Origin: an uncultured Actinomycetes bacterium
Lineage (GTDB): Bacteria; Actinomycetota; UBA4738; HRBIN12
NCBI GenBank assembly: GCA_963821935.1
Contig: CAWGFM010000002.1
Span: 230,949-294,948 of the forward strand
Length of the DNA stretch: 64,000 nt
Direction of reading: 5' to 3'
The position numbers were made by a program, and so were the translations under genes. Below are positions 22,300 through 32,171 of this stretch, in pieces (the first letter of the stretch is position 1; each line of letters opens with the position of its first letter). The notes under the pieces are model-generated. The model did not search any database, was not told the DNA's origin, and saw nothing but the letters and a program-made list of their open reading frames with translations.

Positions 22300-22321
22300 C
22301 CGGCTTGCTGGTGTTCGGAGG
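22300..22321. promoter_or_regulatory. Perfect 7-bp inverted repeat GGTGTTC-N8-GAACACC, 32-53 nt upstream of the FTR1 permease start; putative operator
   Basis: Read directly from the sequence: GGTGTTCGGAGGTCTGAACACC. It does not match the canonical IdeR/DtxR iron box (TTAGGTTAGGCTAACCTAA). Confidence 0.3.
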
Positions 22322-22411
22322 TCTGAACACCAACCATTCGGACGAGCGAAATCCTATCCACTGGGTCGGATTCGCGTCAAGGTGATTCGGGACCGAACTG
22401 ATGACCCGGCG

Positions 22412-23080
22412 TCAGGGCGTCGGCTCGACCCAGAGGTTGTCCGCCAGATGGGCGCCGAGGGCGACCGGCTCACGGCCCACCGTGAGGCTCATCGAGCCGT
22501 CGGGACCCACGCCGTTCACGCGGAGCTCGCCGCCCGGCATGAGCCCGCTGTCTTCCAGGAAGCGCATCACGTCGAGCTCGAGCTCGAGGTCCTCGGTGAG
22601 CCGGCGGAGCGTCGCCGCGGTGCCGGCCGGCACGTCCTTCAGCGCCACCAACCTCGTGACGTCGACCTCGTGCGCCGAGCCAGGGATGGGGTTGCCATGG
22701 GGACAGGCGCCGGGGTCATCGAGCAGGATCACCAAACGATCCTCGATGTCGGAGGAGATGACGCGCTCCCACCGTTCGGCCTCCTCGTGCGCCTGGTGCC
22801 AGGGCAGACCGATGATGTCGATGAGCAGATGCTCGGCGAGCCGGTGCCGGCGCACCAAGACGATCGCCATGTCGCGCCCCTCGCGCGTGAACCCCAGGGT
22901 GCGCCCCTCGGCGGTGAGCAACCCGTCGGCGACCAACCGCTTGACGTGCTCGGAGACCGACGCCCGGCTCACCCCCATCCATCGGCTCAGCTCGGCCTGG
23001 ACCAACGGGAAGCGTTCCTCTTCCAGCTCGAACAGGGCTTCGAGGTAGTCGGCGGAGGCGTGTCGCACGTCGGAGGTCAT
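22412..23080 (-). CDS. ideR: Iron-dependent transcriptional repressor, DtxR/IdeR family (with a C-terminal SH3-like domain)
   Basis: MTSDVRHASADYLEALFELEEERFPLVQAELSRWMGVSRASVSEHVKRLVADGLL is the DtxR helix-turn-helix region. Length 222 aa. Same strand as the FTR1 permease and cupredoxin genes. Confidence 0.88.
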   Translation of the reverse strand: MTSDVRHASADYLEALFELEEERFPLVQAELSRWMGVSRASVSEHVKRLVADGLLTAEGRTLGFTREGRDMAIVLVRRHRLAEHLLIDIIGLPWHQAHEEAERWERVISSDIEDRLVILLDDPGACPHGNPIPGSAHEVDVTRLVALKDVPAGTAATLRRLTEDLELELDVMRFLEDSGLMPGGELRVNGVGPDGSMSLTVGREPVALGAHLADNLWVEPTP

Positions 23081-23103
23081 GGGCGGAGATTACGATACGG
23101 CTC

Positions 23104-25776
23104 GTGACCCCCTCGGCATCGAACGCGGGCACGGCAGCCGGCCATCCGCGACGGCTGTTCCTGCTGGATGGACATTCGCTGGCCTACCGGGCGTTCTTCG
23201 CCCTGCCCCCCACGCTGGCCACTTCCAGTGGCACGGTGACCAACGCCGTGTACGGGTTCACCAGCATGCTCATCAAGCTCATGGCCGAGGAGAAGCCCGA
23301 CCTCATCGCCGTGTTCTTCGACTCGGGAGCGCCCACGATCCGGCTGGCCAAGGACGCCGACTACAAGGCGGGCCGGCGCGAGACGCCGCAGGACTTCTCG
23401 TCGCAGTTGGGGCTGATCGAGGAGGTGCTGGGTGCGCTGCGGATCCCTGTGCTGCGGATCGCTGACGGCAACGAGGCCGACGACGCCATCGGCACGCTGG
23501 CGTTGCGTGCCAGCGAGCAGGGGATCGACGCCACGATCGTCACCGCGGACCGCGACTTCTTCCAGCTGGTGCGCGACGGCATCACCGTCATGTTCAACCG
23601 CAGGGGCATCAGCGACATCGTCCGCTACGACGAGGCCGCGGTGACCGAGCGCTTCGGCATCACACCGGCGCAGTACCTCGACTTCGTGGCGCTGAAGGGG
23701 GACACCAGCGACAACATCCCCGGGGTGCCGGGCGTGGGCGACAAGACCGCGGCCAAGCTGGTCAACCAGTTCGGCACGGTCGAGGAGTTGGTGCAACACA
23801 CCGACCAGCTCAAGGGCAAGCAGAAGGAGAACGTCGAGGCCAGCGCCGGCCGGCTGGCGCTCAACAAGGAGCTGGCGCAGATCGTGACCGACGTCGAACT
23901 GCCGGTCACGCCCGACGACTGCGCCATGGGCGAGTGGGACAAGGGCGAGGTCGATCGCCTGTTCACCTCGCTGGAGTTCCGGAGCCTGTTCGACCGTCTG
24001 CAGGAGATCGGACACGCCGTGAAGCCCGCGCTGGAGGTCGCCGAGCTCGACCTGCGCGAGGTCTCTGCCGACGAGCTCTCGGCGACCTGGGCGGGGGGCG
24101 CACCCGTGGGCGTTCGGTTGGACGCCGACCACGATGCCGTCCGGGGAGCCGCCACGTCCGCCGGCGGCGCTCAGGCCGCCTACGCGTCGCTGACCGACGT
24201 GCGGCCGCTCGATGGCTTCCTGGCCGATGCCGGCGCTCCCAAGTGGGCGCACGACGCGAAGGTGTTCGAGCGCGTCGCGCTCCGCTCGGGAGGCGTGATC
24301 GCCGGCGTCACGTTCGACACGCTGCTGGCCGGCTACCTCCTCGATCCTGCCGCCGCGAACTATCCACTCCGCACGCTGGCCGAGTCCTATCTGGGCACCG
24401 ACGTGATGGGCGCGGTCGAGGAACAGGACGAAGGGCAGCTGTTCGCCGATGCTCCGTGGCGCACGGTCGCCGCTGAGGCGGCTGCGGTGGCCCTGCTGGC
24501 GCCCGTCATGGAGGAGCAGATCGACAAGCAGGGACTTCGAGGATTGCTCGACGACGTCGAGCTGCCACTGTCGTCGGTGCTCGCGCGCATGGAGGCCCGC
24601 GGGATCCGCCTCGACGCCCCCTACCTCGAGGAGATGGGGGAGTCGGTGCGCGACCGCATGGCGACTTTGAAGGCCGAGGTCTACCAACAGGCTGGGGAGG
24701 AGTTCAACCTCAACTCGCCGCCGCAGTTGCGCAAGGTCCTGTACGACCAGCTGGGCCTGCAGCCAGGCAAGAAGACTCCCAAGGGCGAGCTGTCGACTGA
24801 CGCCAGCGTGCTCGAGAAGCTGCGGGATGCCCACCCGGTCGTCGACGCGCTGCTGCAGTGGCGCGAGCTCGACAAACTGAACTCCACCTACCTGGAGGCG
24901 CTGCCGAAGCTGGTGGACGCTCGAGACGGGCGCGTGCACACCACCTTCAACCAGGCCGCGGCGGCCACGGGACGGCTCTCGTCCACCAACCCCAATCTGC
25001 AGAACGTGCCGATCCGCACCGAACTTGGCCGCCAGATCCGCCGAGCGTTCGTGCCGGGTGAGACCGGCCAGGTGTTGCTGGTGCTCGACTACTCCCAGAT
25101 CGAGCTCCGGGTGCTGGCCCACCTGTCCGGCGACGAAGGCCTGCGGTCGGCGTTCGCGAGCGGTGAGGACATCCACACCGCGACGGCCGCACGCGTGTTC
25201 GGCCTGCCGCTGGACGCGGTGGACCCCGGATCGAGGTCCCGCGCCAAGATGGTCAACTACGGCCTCGCCTACGGCATGAACGCCTGGGGGCTCGCGCAGC
25301 GTCTCGACATCGCGCCCGACGAAGCCCAGGAGATCATGGACGCATACTTCGCGTCGTTCCCTGCGATCCGGGAGTACCTCGACAACCAGGTGGGCCGTGC
25401 CACGGTCGAGGGTTTCACCGAGACGATCTTGGGGCGGCGGCGATACATCCCGGAACTGCAGGCCGCCAATCCGCGAGTTCGCGACCTGGGCCGGCGCCAG
25501 GCGCTCAACGCCCCGATCCAGGGCAGCGCGAGCGACGTGTTCAAGATGGCGATGATCCGGGTGGACGAAGCGCTCCGAGACCATCCCGAGCTCGACTGCC
25601 ACATGCTGCTGACGGTGCACGACGAGCTGGTCTTCGAGGTGCCGGAAGCCACCGTCGAGACGGCGGCGAAGCTGGTCGAGGATCGCATGGAGCACGCTGT
25701 CGATCTCGATGTGCCATTGCAGGCCGACGTCGGTTGGGGGCTCAACTGGTCCGATGCAGCGCCGGCCGGTCATTGA
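23104..25776 (+). CDS. polA: DNA polymerase I
   Basis: An 890-aa ORF. The 5-prime to 3-prime exonuclease N-terminus reads LFLLDGHSLAYRAFFALP. The polymerase motif A region is LLVLDYSQIELRVLAHLSGD. The polA-rpsA-coaE order is the mycobacterial one. Confidence 0.95.
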   Translation: MTPSASNAGTAAGHPRRLFLLDGHSLAYRAFFALPPTLATSSGTVTNAVYGFTSMLIKLMAEEKPDLIAVFFDSGAPTIRLAKDADYKAGRRETPQDFSSQLGLIEEVLGALRIPVLRIADGNEADDAIGTLALRASEQGIDATIVTADRDFFQLVRDGITVMFNRRGISDIVRYDEAAVTERFGITPAQYLDFVALKGDTSDNIPGVPGVGDKTAAKLVNQFGTVEELVQHTDQLKGKQKENVEASAGRLALNKELAQIVTDVELPVTPDDCAMGEWDKGEVDRLFTSLEFRSLFDRLQEIGHAVKPALEVAELDLREVSADELSATWAGGAPVGVRLDADHDAVRGAATSAGGAQAAYASLTDVRPLDGFLADAGAPKWAHDAKVFERVALRSGGVIAGVTFDTLLAGYLLDPAAANYPLRTLAESYLGTDVMGAVEEQDEGQLFADAPWRTVAAEAAAVALLAPVMEEQIDKQGLRGLLDDVELPLSSVLARMEARGIRLDAPYLEEMGESVRDRMATLKAEVYQQAGEEFNLNSPPQLRKVLYDQLGLQPGKKTPKGELSTDASVLEKLRDAHPVVDALLQWRELDKLNSTYLEALPKLVDARDGRVHTTFNQAAAATGRLSSTNPNLQNVPIRTELGRQIRRAFVPGETGQVLLVLDYSQIELRVLAHLSGDEGLRSAFASGEDIHTATAARVFGLPLDAVDPGSRSRAKMVNYGLAYGMNAWGLAQRLDIAPDEAQEIMDAYFASFPAIREYLDNQVGRATVEGFTETILGRRRYIPELQAANPRVRDLGRRQALNAPIQGSASDVFKMAMIRVDEALRDHPELDCHMLLTVHDELVFEVPEATVETAAKLVEDRMEHAVDLDVPLQADVGWGLNWSDAAPAGH

Positions 25777-25913
25777 CCCTCCGGTTGCCGCCGTTTGACG
25801 GGGTTTCCTTCCGACACCTACCCTGGTGACGGCCGCGGGTTCGCTCGTGTGCCGCTCGCAAAATCCCAAGTCGCGAGTGGTGAGCGTTCGCGCGCCGGAA
25901 GGAGACCACCGTC

Positions 25914-27695
25914 ATGAGTGACGACACCACGGTCGCCGACGAGGCGACCGAGACCCAAGCGGCCCCTGAGGCCTCCACCCAGGAGGTTCCCGCCGCTGCA
26001 TCGAGCGCACCGATCGAAGCGCCACCGGAACCAACGCCGGAGACCGCCGAAGCACCACCGGAGACTCCCGACGCACCGCCCGAAACCTCCGTCGAGCCGG
26101 AGCGCGACCTGACGCCCGAAGAGCTGATCGAAGCGCTGGAGGCGTCATTCAAGGATTTCAACGACGGCGACATCGTCGACGGCGAGGTCGTCAAGATCGA
26201 CCGCGACGAGGTGCTGCTCGACATCGGTTACAAGTCCGAGGGCGTCATCCCGTCCAAGGAGCTGTCGATCCGACACGACGTCGACCCCAACGAGGTCGTC
26301 AAGGTCGGCGACCAGATCGAAGCCCTGGTCCTGCAGAAGGAAGACAAGGAAGGCCGCCTGATCCTGTCCAAGAAGCGCGCGCAGTACGAGCGCGCATGGG
26401 GCCGGATCGAAGACGTCATGAACTCCGGCCAGACCATCAAGGGTCCGGTGATCGAGGTCGTCAAGGGCGGCCTGATCCTGGACATCGGCCTGCGTGGGTT
26501 CCTGCCCGCGTCCCTGGTGGACCTGCGACGTGTCCGCGACCTGCAGCCGTTCGTGGGAACCGAGCTCGAGGCCAAGATCATCGAGCTGGACCGCAACCGC
26601 AACAACGTCGTGCTCAGCCGCCGCGCGTTCCTCGAAGAGTCCCAGTCCGAAGGGCGCAAGAAGTTCCTCGAGGGTCTGCAGAAGAACGAGCGCCGTAAGG
26701 GCACGGTCAGCTCCATCGTCAACTTCGGTGCCTTCGTGGACCTGGGCGGCGTGGACGGGCTCGTGCACGTGTCCGAGCTCAGCTGGAAGCACGTCGATCA
26801 CCCGCAGGAGGTCGTCACGGTGGGCCAGGAGGTCGAGGTCGAGGTGCTCGACGTCGATCTCGAACGTGAGCGTGTCTCCCTCTCGCTCAAGGCCACGCAG
26901 GAAGACCCCTGGAAGGAGTTCGAGCGCACGTCGACGGCGGGCACGATCATCGAAGGTCAGGTCACCAAGCTGGTGCCGTTCGGCGCGTTCGTGCGCGTCG
27001 CACCCGGCATCGAGGGTCTGGTGCACATCTCCGAGATCAGCCACGAGCACGTCGACTCGCCCGAGTCCGTGCTGTCGGTGGGCGACGAAGTGAAGGCCAA
27101 GGTGATCGATGTCGATGTGTCGCGCCGACGCGTGAGCTTGTCGATGCGTCAGGTCACGTCGGCGCCGCCGCGTGAGCCCGAGATCAAGGCCGAGCCCGAG
27201 GCGCGCCGCGAGCCCACACCCGAGATGGTGTCCACGATCCAGATCCCCGACGACATCCTCGCCGCGGTCGCCCAGGCTGACGCCGCCCGCACCGACGAGC
27301 CCGAACCGGTGGTGCCCGCCGAGCCGGTCGCTGCCGAACCGGCCGAGGAGCCGGCTGCGGTCGAGCCGGCCGCGGAGCCGGTGGTGACGCCGGAGGCCGT
27401 GCAGGTCGTCGAGAGCGTCGAGGATATCCCGGCCGATGAGATCCCCGCCGTCGAAGAGGCGGTCACCGAGGCGATCGCCGAGGTGCAGGCCGTGGAGGAC
27501 GCCGCGGTCGAGGCCGCGCAGGAGGCGGTGGACGACGCCATCGTCGCCGAGGCGATCGGTGACACCGAGGCGGCCGCCGCAGCTGAGGCCGTTGCGGAGG
27601 ACGCGGCCGGCGTGGCCGAGGAAGCTGCCGACGAGGAGGTCTCGCTCGAGGCGATCCTCGAGGACCTCAAGCGTCGCGAAGGTCGCTCGGAGTGA
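25914..27695 (+). CDS. rpsA: 30S ribosomal protein S1 with low-complexity acidic Pro/Ala/Glu-rich N- and C-terminal extensions
   Basis: RBS GGAAGGAG. Four S1 repeats are present (GDIVDGEVVKID..., GPVIEVVKGGLILDIG, GTVSSIVNFGAFVDLG, GQVTKLVPFGAFVRV). The 593-aa length comes from a roughly 65-aa acidic N-terminus and a roughly 165-aa A/E/P-rich tail. Confidence 0.93.
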   Translation: MSDDTTVADEATETQAAPEASTQEVPAAASSAPIEAPPEPTPETAEAPPETPDAPPETSVEPERDLTPEELIEALEASFKDFNDGDIVDGEVVKIDRDEVLLDIGYKSEGVIPSKELSIRHDVDPNEVVKVGDQIEALVLQKEDKEGRLILSKKRAQYERAWGRIEDVMNSGQTIKGPVIEVVKGGLILDIGLRGFLPASLVDLRRVRDLQPFVGTELEAKIIELDRNRNNVVLSRRAFLEESQSEGRKKFLEGLQKNERRKGTVSSIVNFGAFVDLGGVDGLVHVSELSWKHVDHPQEVVTVGQEVEVEVLDVDLERERVSLSLKATQEDPWKEFERTSTAGTIIEGQVTKLVPFGAFVRVAPGIEGLVHISEISHEHVDSPESVLSVGDEVKAKVIDVDVSRRRVSLSMRQVTSAPPREPEIKAEPEARREPTPEMVSTIQIPDDILAAVAQADAARTDEPEPVVPAEPVAAEPAEEPAAVEPAAEPVVTPEAVQVVESVEDIPADEIPAVEEAVTEAIAEVQAVEDAAVEAAQEAVDDAIVAEAIGDTEAAAAAEAVAEDAAGVAEEAADEEVSLEAILEDLKRREGRSE

Positions 27696-27733
27696 GGTGA
27701 CGCCGGACCTCACAGGCCCGGCGTCCTCTCGTC

Positions 27734-28330
27734 ATGCTTACGGTCGGGCTCACCGGGGGTATCGGATCGGGCAAGTCCACCGTGGCCCGCATGCTCGCCC
27801 TTCGGGGGGCGGTCGTCATCGATGCCGACGTGCTCGCTCGTGATGCCGTCGCTTTCGGGACGCCGGGGTTCACCGCCGTCCGGGAACGGTTCGGAGACGA
27901 TGTCCTCACCGCGGACGGCGACCTGGACCGAGGCGCGCTGGCCGCGATCGTGTTCGCCGACGACGAAGCCCGCCGCGACCTCGAAGCGATCGTGCATCCC
28001 CAGGTGCGCAGGGGGATCGCTCAGGTCATCGCAGACCACGCCGGAACCGAGGACGTGGTCGTGGTGGAGTCGCCATTGCTGATCGAGACCGGATCCCACC
28101 ACGACATGACGGTCGTCGTGGTCGTGACAGCGAAGCCCGAAACGCAGATCGCCCGGCTCGTCGAACGCGGCATGGATGGAGACGACGTCCGTGCGCGCAT
28201 GGCCGCGCAACTGCCCCTCGACGACAAAGCGGCGCTCGCCGACATCGTGGTGGACAACGAGGGTTCGGTGGCCGAACTGGAGGCGCAGGTCGACCGGGTG
28301 TGGGCGGAGCTGATGGAGACGTGCCCATGA
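27734..28330 (+). CDS. coaE: Dephospho-CoA kinase
   Basis: MLTVGLTGGIGSGKSTVARM P-loop. Length 198 aa. Confidence 0.9.
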   Translation: MLTVGLTGGIGSGKSTVARMLALRGAVVIDADVLARDAVAFGTPGFTAVRERFGDDVLTADGDLDRGALAAIVFADDEARRDLEAIVHPQVRRGIAQVIADHAGTEDVVVVESPLLIETGSHHDMTVVVVVTAKPETQIARLVERGMDGDDVRARMAAQLPLDDKAALADIVVDNEGSVAELEAQVDRVWAELMETCP

Positions 28331-29028
28331 AGTTCCGGGCGGTCTTCTTCGACGTCGGTGAGACGCTCGTCCACGCGGCACCGTCGTTCCCCGAGCTCTT
28401 CGCACTCGTCCTGGCCGACCACGGGCACCAGCGCGACAGCGACCAGGTGCTGACCGCCTCCGCAGCCGTGCGCAGGCGATTCAGCGACGCTGCCCGAAGC
28501 GACGACCGGTGGACCGTGTCGGTCGATCGATCCAGGGCCTTCTGGATCGGCGTCTATCAGGAGATGCTGGACGAGCTCGAGCTGCCGTCCCAGGACGGGT
28601 TGCGCGACGCCCTCTACGAACGGTTCACCGACCTGTCCAGCTACGCGCTCTTCGACGACGTGCCGGCCACGCTGGACCGGCTCTCAGACGCCGGGCCGGC
28701 GCTTGGCATCGTGTCCAACTTCGAAGCATGGTTGGAGGAACTGCTGGATCGGCTCGGGGTGCGCGACCGGTTCCCGGTTCGGGTCATCAGCGGTCTCGTG
28801 GGCGTGGAGAAGCCGGATCCTGCGATCTACCGCCTCGCGCTGGAGCGAGCCGGCGTGGGAGCCGCCGACGCGGCGTTCGTGGGCGACAACCCGGAGTTCG
28901 ACGTGGATCCGGTCGCCGCTCTGGGGATGACACCGATCCTGATCGATCGACGAGACCGCTATCCGGATCATGCGGGGCATCGCATCGAGGATCTGCGCGA
29001 GCTGCCGGCCCTGCTGGAGCTGGCGTGA
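28327..29028 (+). CDS. HAD-family hydrolase
   Basis: ATG at 28327 forms an ATGA overlap with the coaE stop. MKFRAVFFDVGETLV matches HAD motif I; VGDNPEFDVD matches motif IV. Confidence 0.75.
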   Translation: MKFRAVFFDVGETLVHAAPSFPELFALVLADHGHQRDSDQVLTASAAVRRRFSDAARSDDRWTVSVDRSRAFWIGVYQEMLDELELPSQDGLRDALYERFTDLSSYALFDDVPATLDRLSDAGPALGIVSNFEAWLEELLDRLGVRDRFPVRVISGLVGVEKPDPAIYRLALERAGVGAADAAFVGDNPEFDVDPVAALGMTPILIDRRDRYPDHAGHRIEDLRELPALLELA

Positions 29029-29393
29029 ACGGACGCCTGTTCACGGTCGCTGAGGCCAACGCCGTTCTGCCCGAGCTGCGTGAGCGCCTCCCGCGACTGC
29101 GCGAGGCGAGGCAGGCGTTGATCGAGGCCAGCGAGCGTCTGACGGCCCGGGTCGCTGCCGAGCCCGGCGGCGTCGCCGAGCCGGCCTGGTTCCCCGCCCA
29201 GCAGGCGCTCAAGGCTGAGATGCTCGCGTTGGCCGAGCACGGCATCCTGCTTCGCGATCCCGAAACCGGACTGGTGGACTTCCCCGCCGAGCGCGACGGA
29301 GAGCCGGTGTTCCTCTGCTGGAAGTTGGGCGAAGCCGAGGTGGGCTTCTTCCACGGCGAGCGCAGTGGCATGAGCGGTCGAACCCCGTTGTGA
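29024..29393 (+). CDS. DUF2203 family protein
   Basis: GTG at 29024 overlaps the HAD stop. VNGRLFTVAEANAVLPELRERL matches the DUF2203 N-terminus. 123 aa. The upstream part of ORF 28509..29393 is out-of-frame noise. Confidence 0.6.
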
Positions 29394-30364
29394 GGTCGGA
29401 CGGCCGGCCGATCGCGGTCGTGGTCGGCGCCTCGGCCGACGATCCGCCGCCCGGCGTGGCGGCGGTCGAGGATGTGCTGCACTTGCGATACGCGAGCGGT
29501 GCTGAGTCGTTGCGGTCCGCGCTCGCCGGTGCTCAGGCCATGTTCGTCTGGCGCGCCCCACCCGGACAGATCCGCGATGTCTGGGACGCGGCCGGCGATG
29601 TGCGATGGATCCAGACCGCCTCGGCCGGGGTGGATGCGCTGCTCTTCCCGGAGCTGATCGAGTCAGATGTCGACGTCACGAATGCTCGCGGCGTCTTCGA
29701 TCAGGGGATCGCCGAATGGGCCGTGGGCGCGATGCTCGCGTTCACCTCGGGGCTGCAACGCTCCATCGTGGATCAACACGATCGGCGGTGGCGGCAGGGG
29801 CGCTCGACCGAACGCCTGGCGGGGACGCATCTGGTGGTGGCCGGCCCCGGTCCGATCGGCCGAGGCGCCGGAACACGAGCCCAGGACCTGGGCATGACGG
29901 TGACGCTGGTGGGTCGATCGGAGCGAGTCGATCCCACGTTCGGGTCGATCGTGGGCAGTGACCGGCTCGTCGAAGCGGTGTCCGACGCGGACTTCGTCCT
30001 GGACGCGCTGCCGCTGACGCCGTCGACGCGATCGATCTTCGACGCGCGCGTGTTCGTGGCGATGCGATCAACGGCTCGCTTCCTGAATGTGGGCCGGGGC
30101 GCGACGGTAGACGAAGGGGCCTTGATCGACGCGCTGCGGTCCGGCGGCATCGCGGGCGCCGCGCTGGACGTCTTCGCGGCGGAGCCATTGCCCGAGGACA
30201 GCCCGCTGTGGACGATGCCCACAGTCATCGTCTCCCCGCACATCAGTGGGGACGTGCAGGGGTGGCAACGAGACGTCGTGGACCTGTTCGCTCGGAACGC
30301 GCACCGATGGATCGATGGCAAAGGATTGGTCAACCTGGTTGACAAACACGCCGGTCATCCGTGA
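29390..30364 (+). CDS. D-isomer-specific 2-hydroxyacid dehydrogenase family protein (NAD-binding)
   Basis: GxGxxG motif LVVAGPGPIGRGAG. VGRGATVDEGALIDALRSGGIAGAALDVFAAEPLP is the typical catalytic-domain block. Confidence 0.82.
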   Translation: MRSDGRPIAVVVGASADDPPPGVAAVEDVLHLRYASGAESLRSALAGAQAMFVWRAPPGQIRDVWDAAGDVRWIQTASAGVDALLFPELIESDVDVTNARGVFDQGIAEWAVGAMLAFTSGLQRSIVDQHDRRWRQGRSTERLAGTHLVVAGPGPIGRGAGTRAQDLGMTVTLVGRSERVDPTFGSIVGSDRLVEAVSDADFVLDALPLTPSTRSIFDARVFVAMRSTARFLNVGRGATVDEGALIDALRSGGIAGAALDVFAAEPLPEDSPLWTMPTVIVSPHISGDVQGWQRDVVDLFARNAHRWIDGKGLVNLVDKHAGHP

Positions 30365-30409
30365 GCGGGGAGTTGCGGGACATCCCACGCGACCCATAGC
30401 CTGTCGGCC

Positions 30410-31324
30410 GTGAGCGAACGCGTCATCGAGGTGCGCGATCTGCACAAGTCCTACGGGGACGTCGACGCCGTCGCCGGCATCGATCTGCACGTGGACCGCG
30501 GCGAGGTGTTCGCGTTGCTCGGCCCTAACGGCGCCGGCAAGACCACGACGGTCGAGATCCTCGAAGGGTTCCGCTCACGAAGCGCGGGCGACGTGGAGGT
30601 GCTCGGCCACGATCCGAAAGGCCACGACCAGTCCTTGCGCCGGCGCGTGGGGATCGTCCTGCAATCCACCGGGGTCGATCCGTACCTGACGGTGCGCGAG
30701 ACCGTGCAGATGTACTCCGGCTACTACCCTGCACCGCGCCCAGCCGACGAGGTCATCGATCTGGTGGGGCTGGATCAGAAGCGCGACACGCGGGTGCTCA
30801 AACTGTCGGGCGGGCAACAGCGGCGTCTGGACGTCGCGATCGCGTTGGCCGGCGACCCCGAGCTCTTGTTCCTCGACGAACCGACCACCGGGTTCGATCC
30901 CACCGCCCGCCGGGCGGCGTGGGAGATCGTGAAGGGTCTCACCGGCCTGGGTAAGACCGTGTTCCTCACCACGCACTTCATGGACGAGGCCCAGTACCTC
31001 GCCGATCGTGTCGCCGTGATCGCCCGGGGTCGGATCGTGGCCGAGGGCACGCCCGCGACGATCGCCGGACGCGATCAGATGCTGACGAAGGTCGCATTCC
31101 GGGTGTCCGACCCGAGCGCAGAGCTGCCGGCGCTCGGGCAGGAGCCCGATGGCCGCGGGGGGTGGACCATCGGCAGCGAGGATCCGACCCGGGCCCTGCA
31201 CGAGCTCACGGGATGGTCGCTCGCGAACGATGTCGCGTTGACGACGTTGGAGGTGTCCAGGCCGAGCCTCGAGGATGTCTACCTGGAGATCACCGGCGGC
31301 GAACCCGAGGAAGCGGATGCATAA
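30410..31324 (+). CDS. ABC transporter ATP-binding protein (ABC-2 / DrrA-like exporter)
   Basis: Walker A GPNGAGKTT. LSGGQQRRLDVAIAL. Walker B LFLDEPTTGFD. Confidence 0.85.
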   Translation: MSERVIEVRDLHKSYGDVDAVAGIDLHVDRGEVFALLGPNGAGKTTTVEILEGFRSRSAGDVEVLGHDPKGHDQSLRRRVGIVLQSTGVDPYLTVRETVQMYSGYYPAPRPADEVIDLVGLDQKRDTRVLKLSGGQQRRLDVAIALAGDPELLFLDEPTTGFDPTARRAAWEIVKGLTGLGKTVFLTTHFMDEAQYLADRVAVIARGRIVAEGTPATIAGRDQMLTKVAFRVSDPSAELPALGQEPDGRGGWTIGSEDPTRALHELTGWSLANDVALTTLEVSRPSLEDVYLEITGGEPEEADA

Positions 31325-32084
31325 CGCCGCCTTGATGTTCCAGCAGGTCCGCTACACGAACAAGGCCTTCTGGCGGAACCCGGCATCGGCGTTCTTCACG
31401 TTCGCGTTCCCGTTGATGTTCCTGGTGATCTTCACGTCGCTGCTTGGCGACGGCCAGATCCCGTTTCAGAGTCAGGACATCGATCTGTCCACCTACTACG
31501 TGATGGCCGAGGCCGCGTTCGGCGTCATCACCGCCTGTTACTCGAACATCGCCATCAGCGTCAGCTTCCAGCGGGACATGGGGATCCTGAAGCGAACGCG
31601 AGGCACGCCCCTCCCGGGCTGGGCCTACCTGTCGGCACGGGTGATCCACGCCATGGTCATCTCGTTCATCCTGGTGGCCATCACGGTGGCGTTCGGGGCG
31701 ATCTTCTACTCGGCGCAGGTACCGACCGGCGTGCAGCTGCTGCTGGTCTTGCTCACGGTAGTGGTGGGCGGGCTATCGTTCGCGGCGATGGCACTGGCGC
31801 TCACGTCGGCCATCCCCAACGCCGACGCCTCGCCCGCCATCGTCAACGCCTCGATCCTGCCGCTGCTGTTCCTGTCCGGCATCTTCATCCCGATCGGCGA
31901 TGAGGCGCCGCAATGGATCAGGACCGTTAGCGACATCTTCCCTGTCCGGCACTTCTTCGATGCGATGTCGAGCGCATTCCTGGGCAACGCGTACGAATGG
32001 CTGGACCTGGTGATCGTGGCGGCCTGGGGCTTGGCCGGGCTGATCCTGGCAGCCAGGTACTTCAGCTGGGAGCCGAAGACCTAG
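31317..32084 (+). CDS. ABC-2 family transporter permease
   Basis: ATG at 31317 overlaps the ATPase end. Six predicted TM segments. It pairs with the upstream ATPase. Confidence 0.8.
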   Translation: MHNAALMFQQVRYTNKAFWRNPASAFFTFAFPLMFLVIFTSLLGDGQIPFQSQDIDLSTYYVMAEAAFGVITACYSNIAISVSFQRDMGILKRTRGTPLPGWAYLSARVIHAMVISFILVAITVAFGAIFYSAQVPTGVQLLLVLLTVVVGGLSFAAMALALTSAIPNADASPAIVNASILPLLFLSGIFIPIGDEAPQWIRTVSDIFPVRHFFDAMSSAFLGNAYEWLDLVIVAAWGLAGLILAARYFSWEPKT

Positions 32085-32171
32085 CGGATGTTGGCCGCCT
32101 TCGGGCGCCCCTTCGCGGACAAGTGCTCTGCTAGTCTCCGACCCCTGGCGGGGAGACGAGGGGGTCTGGCG

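Noticed and set aside
22269-22411. Canonical IdeR/DtxR iron box upstream of the FTR1 permease
   Set aside because: No 19-bp TTAGGTTAGGCTAACCTAA-like palindrome is present. Only a different inverted repeat, GGTGTTC-N8-GAACACC, was found.
26145-27713. 522-aa minus-strand ORF antisense to rpsA
   Set aside because: It sits opposite a highly conserved ribosomal protein gene, with low-complexity composition.
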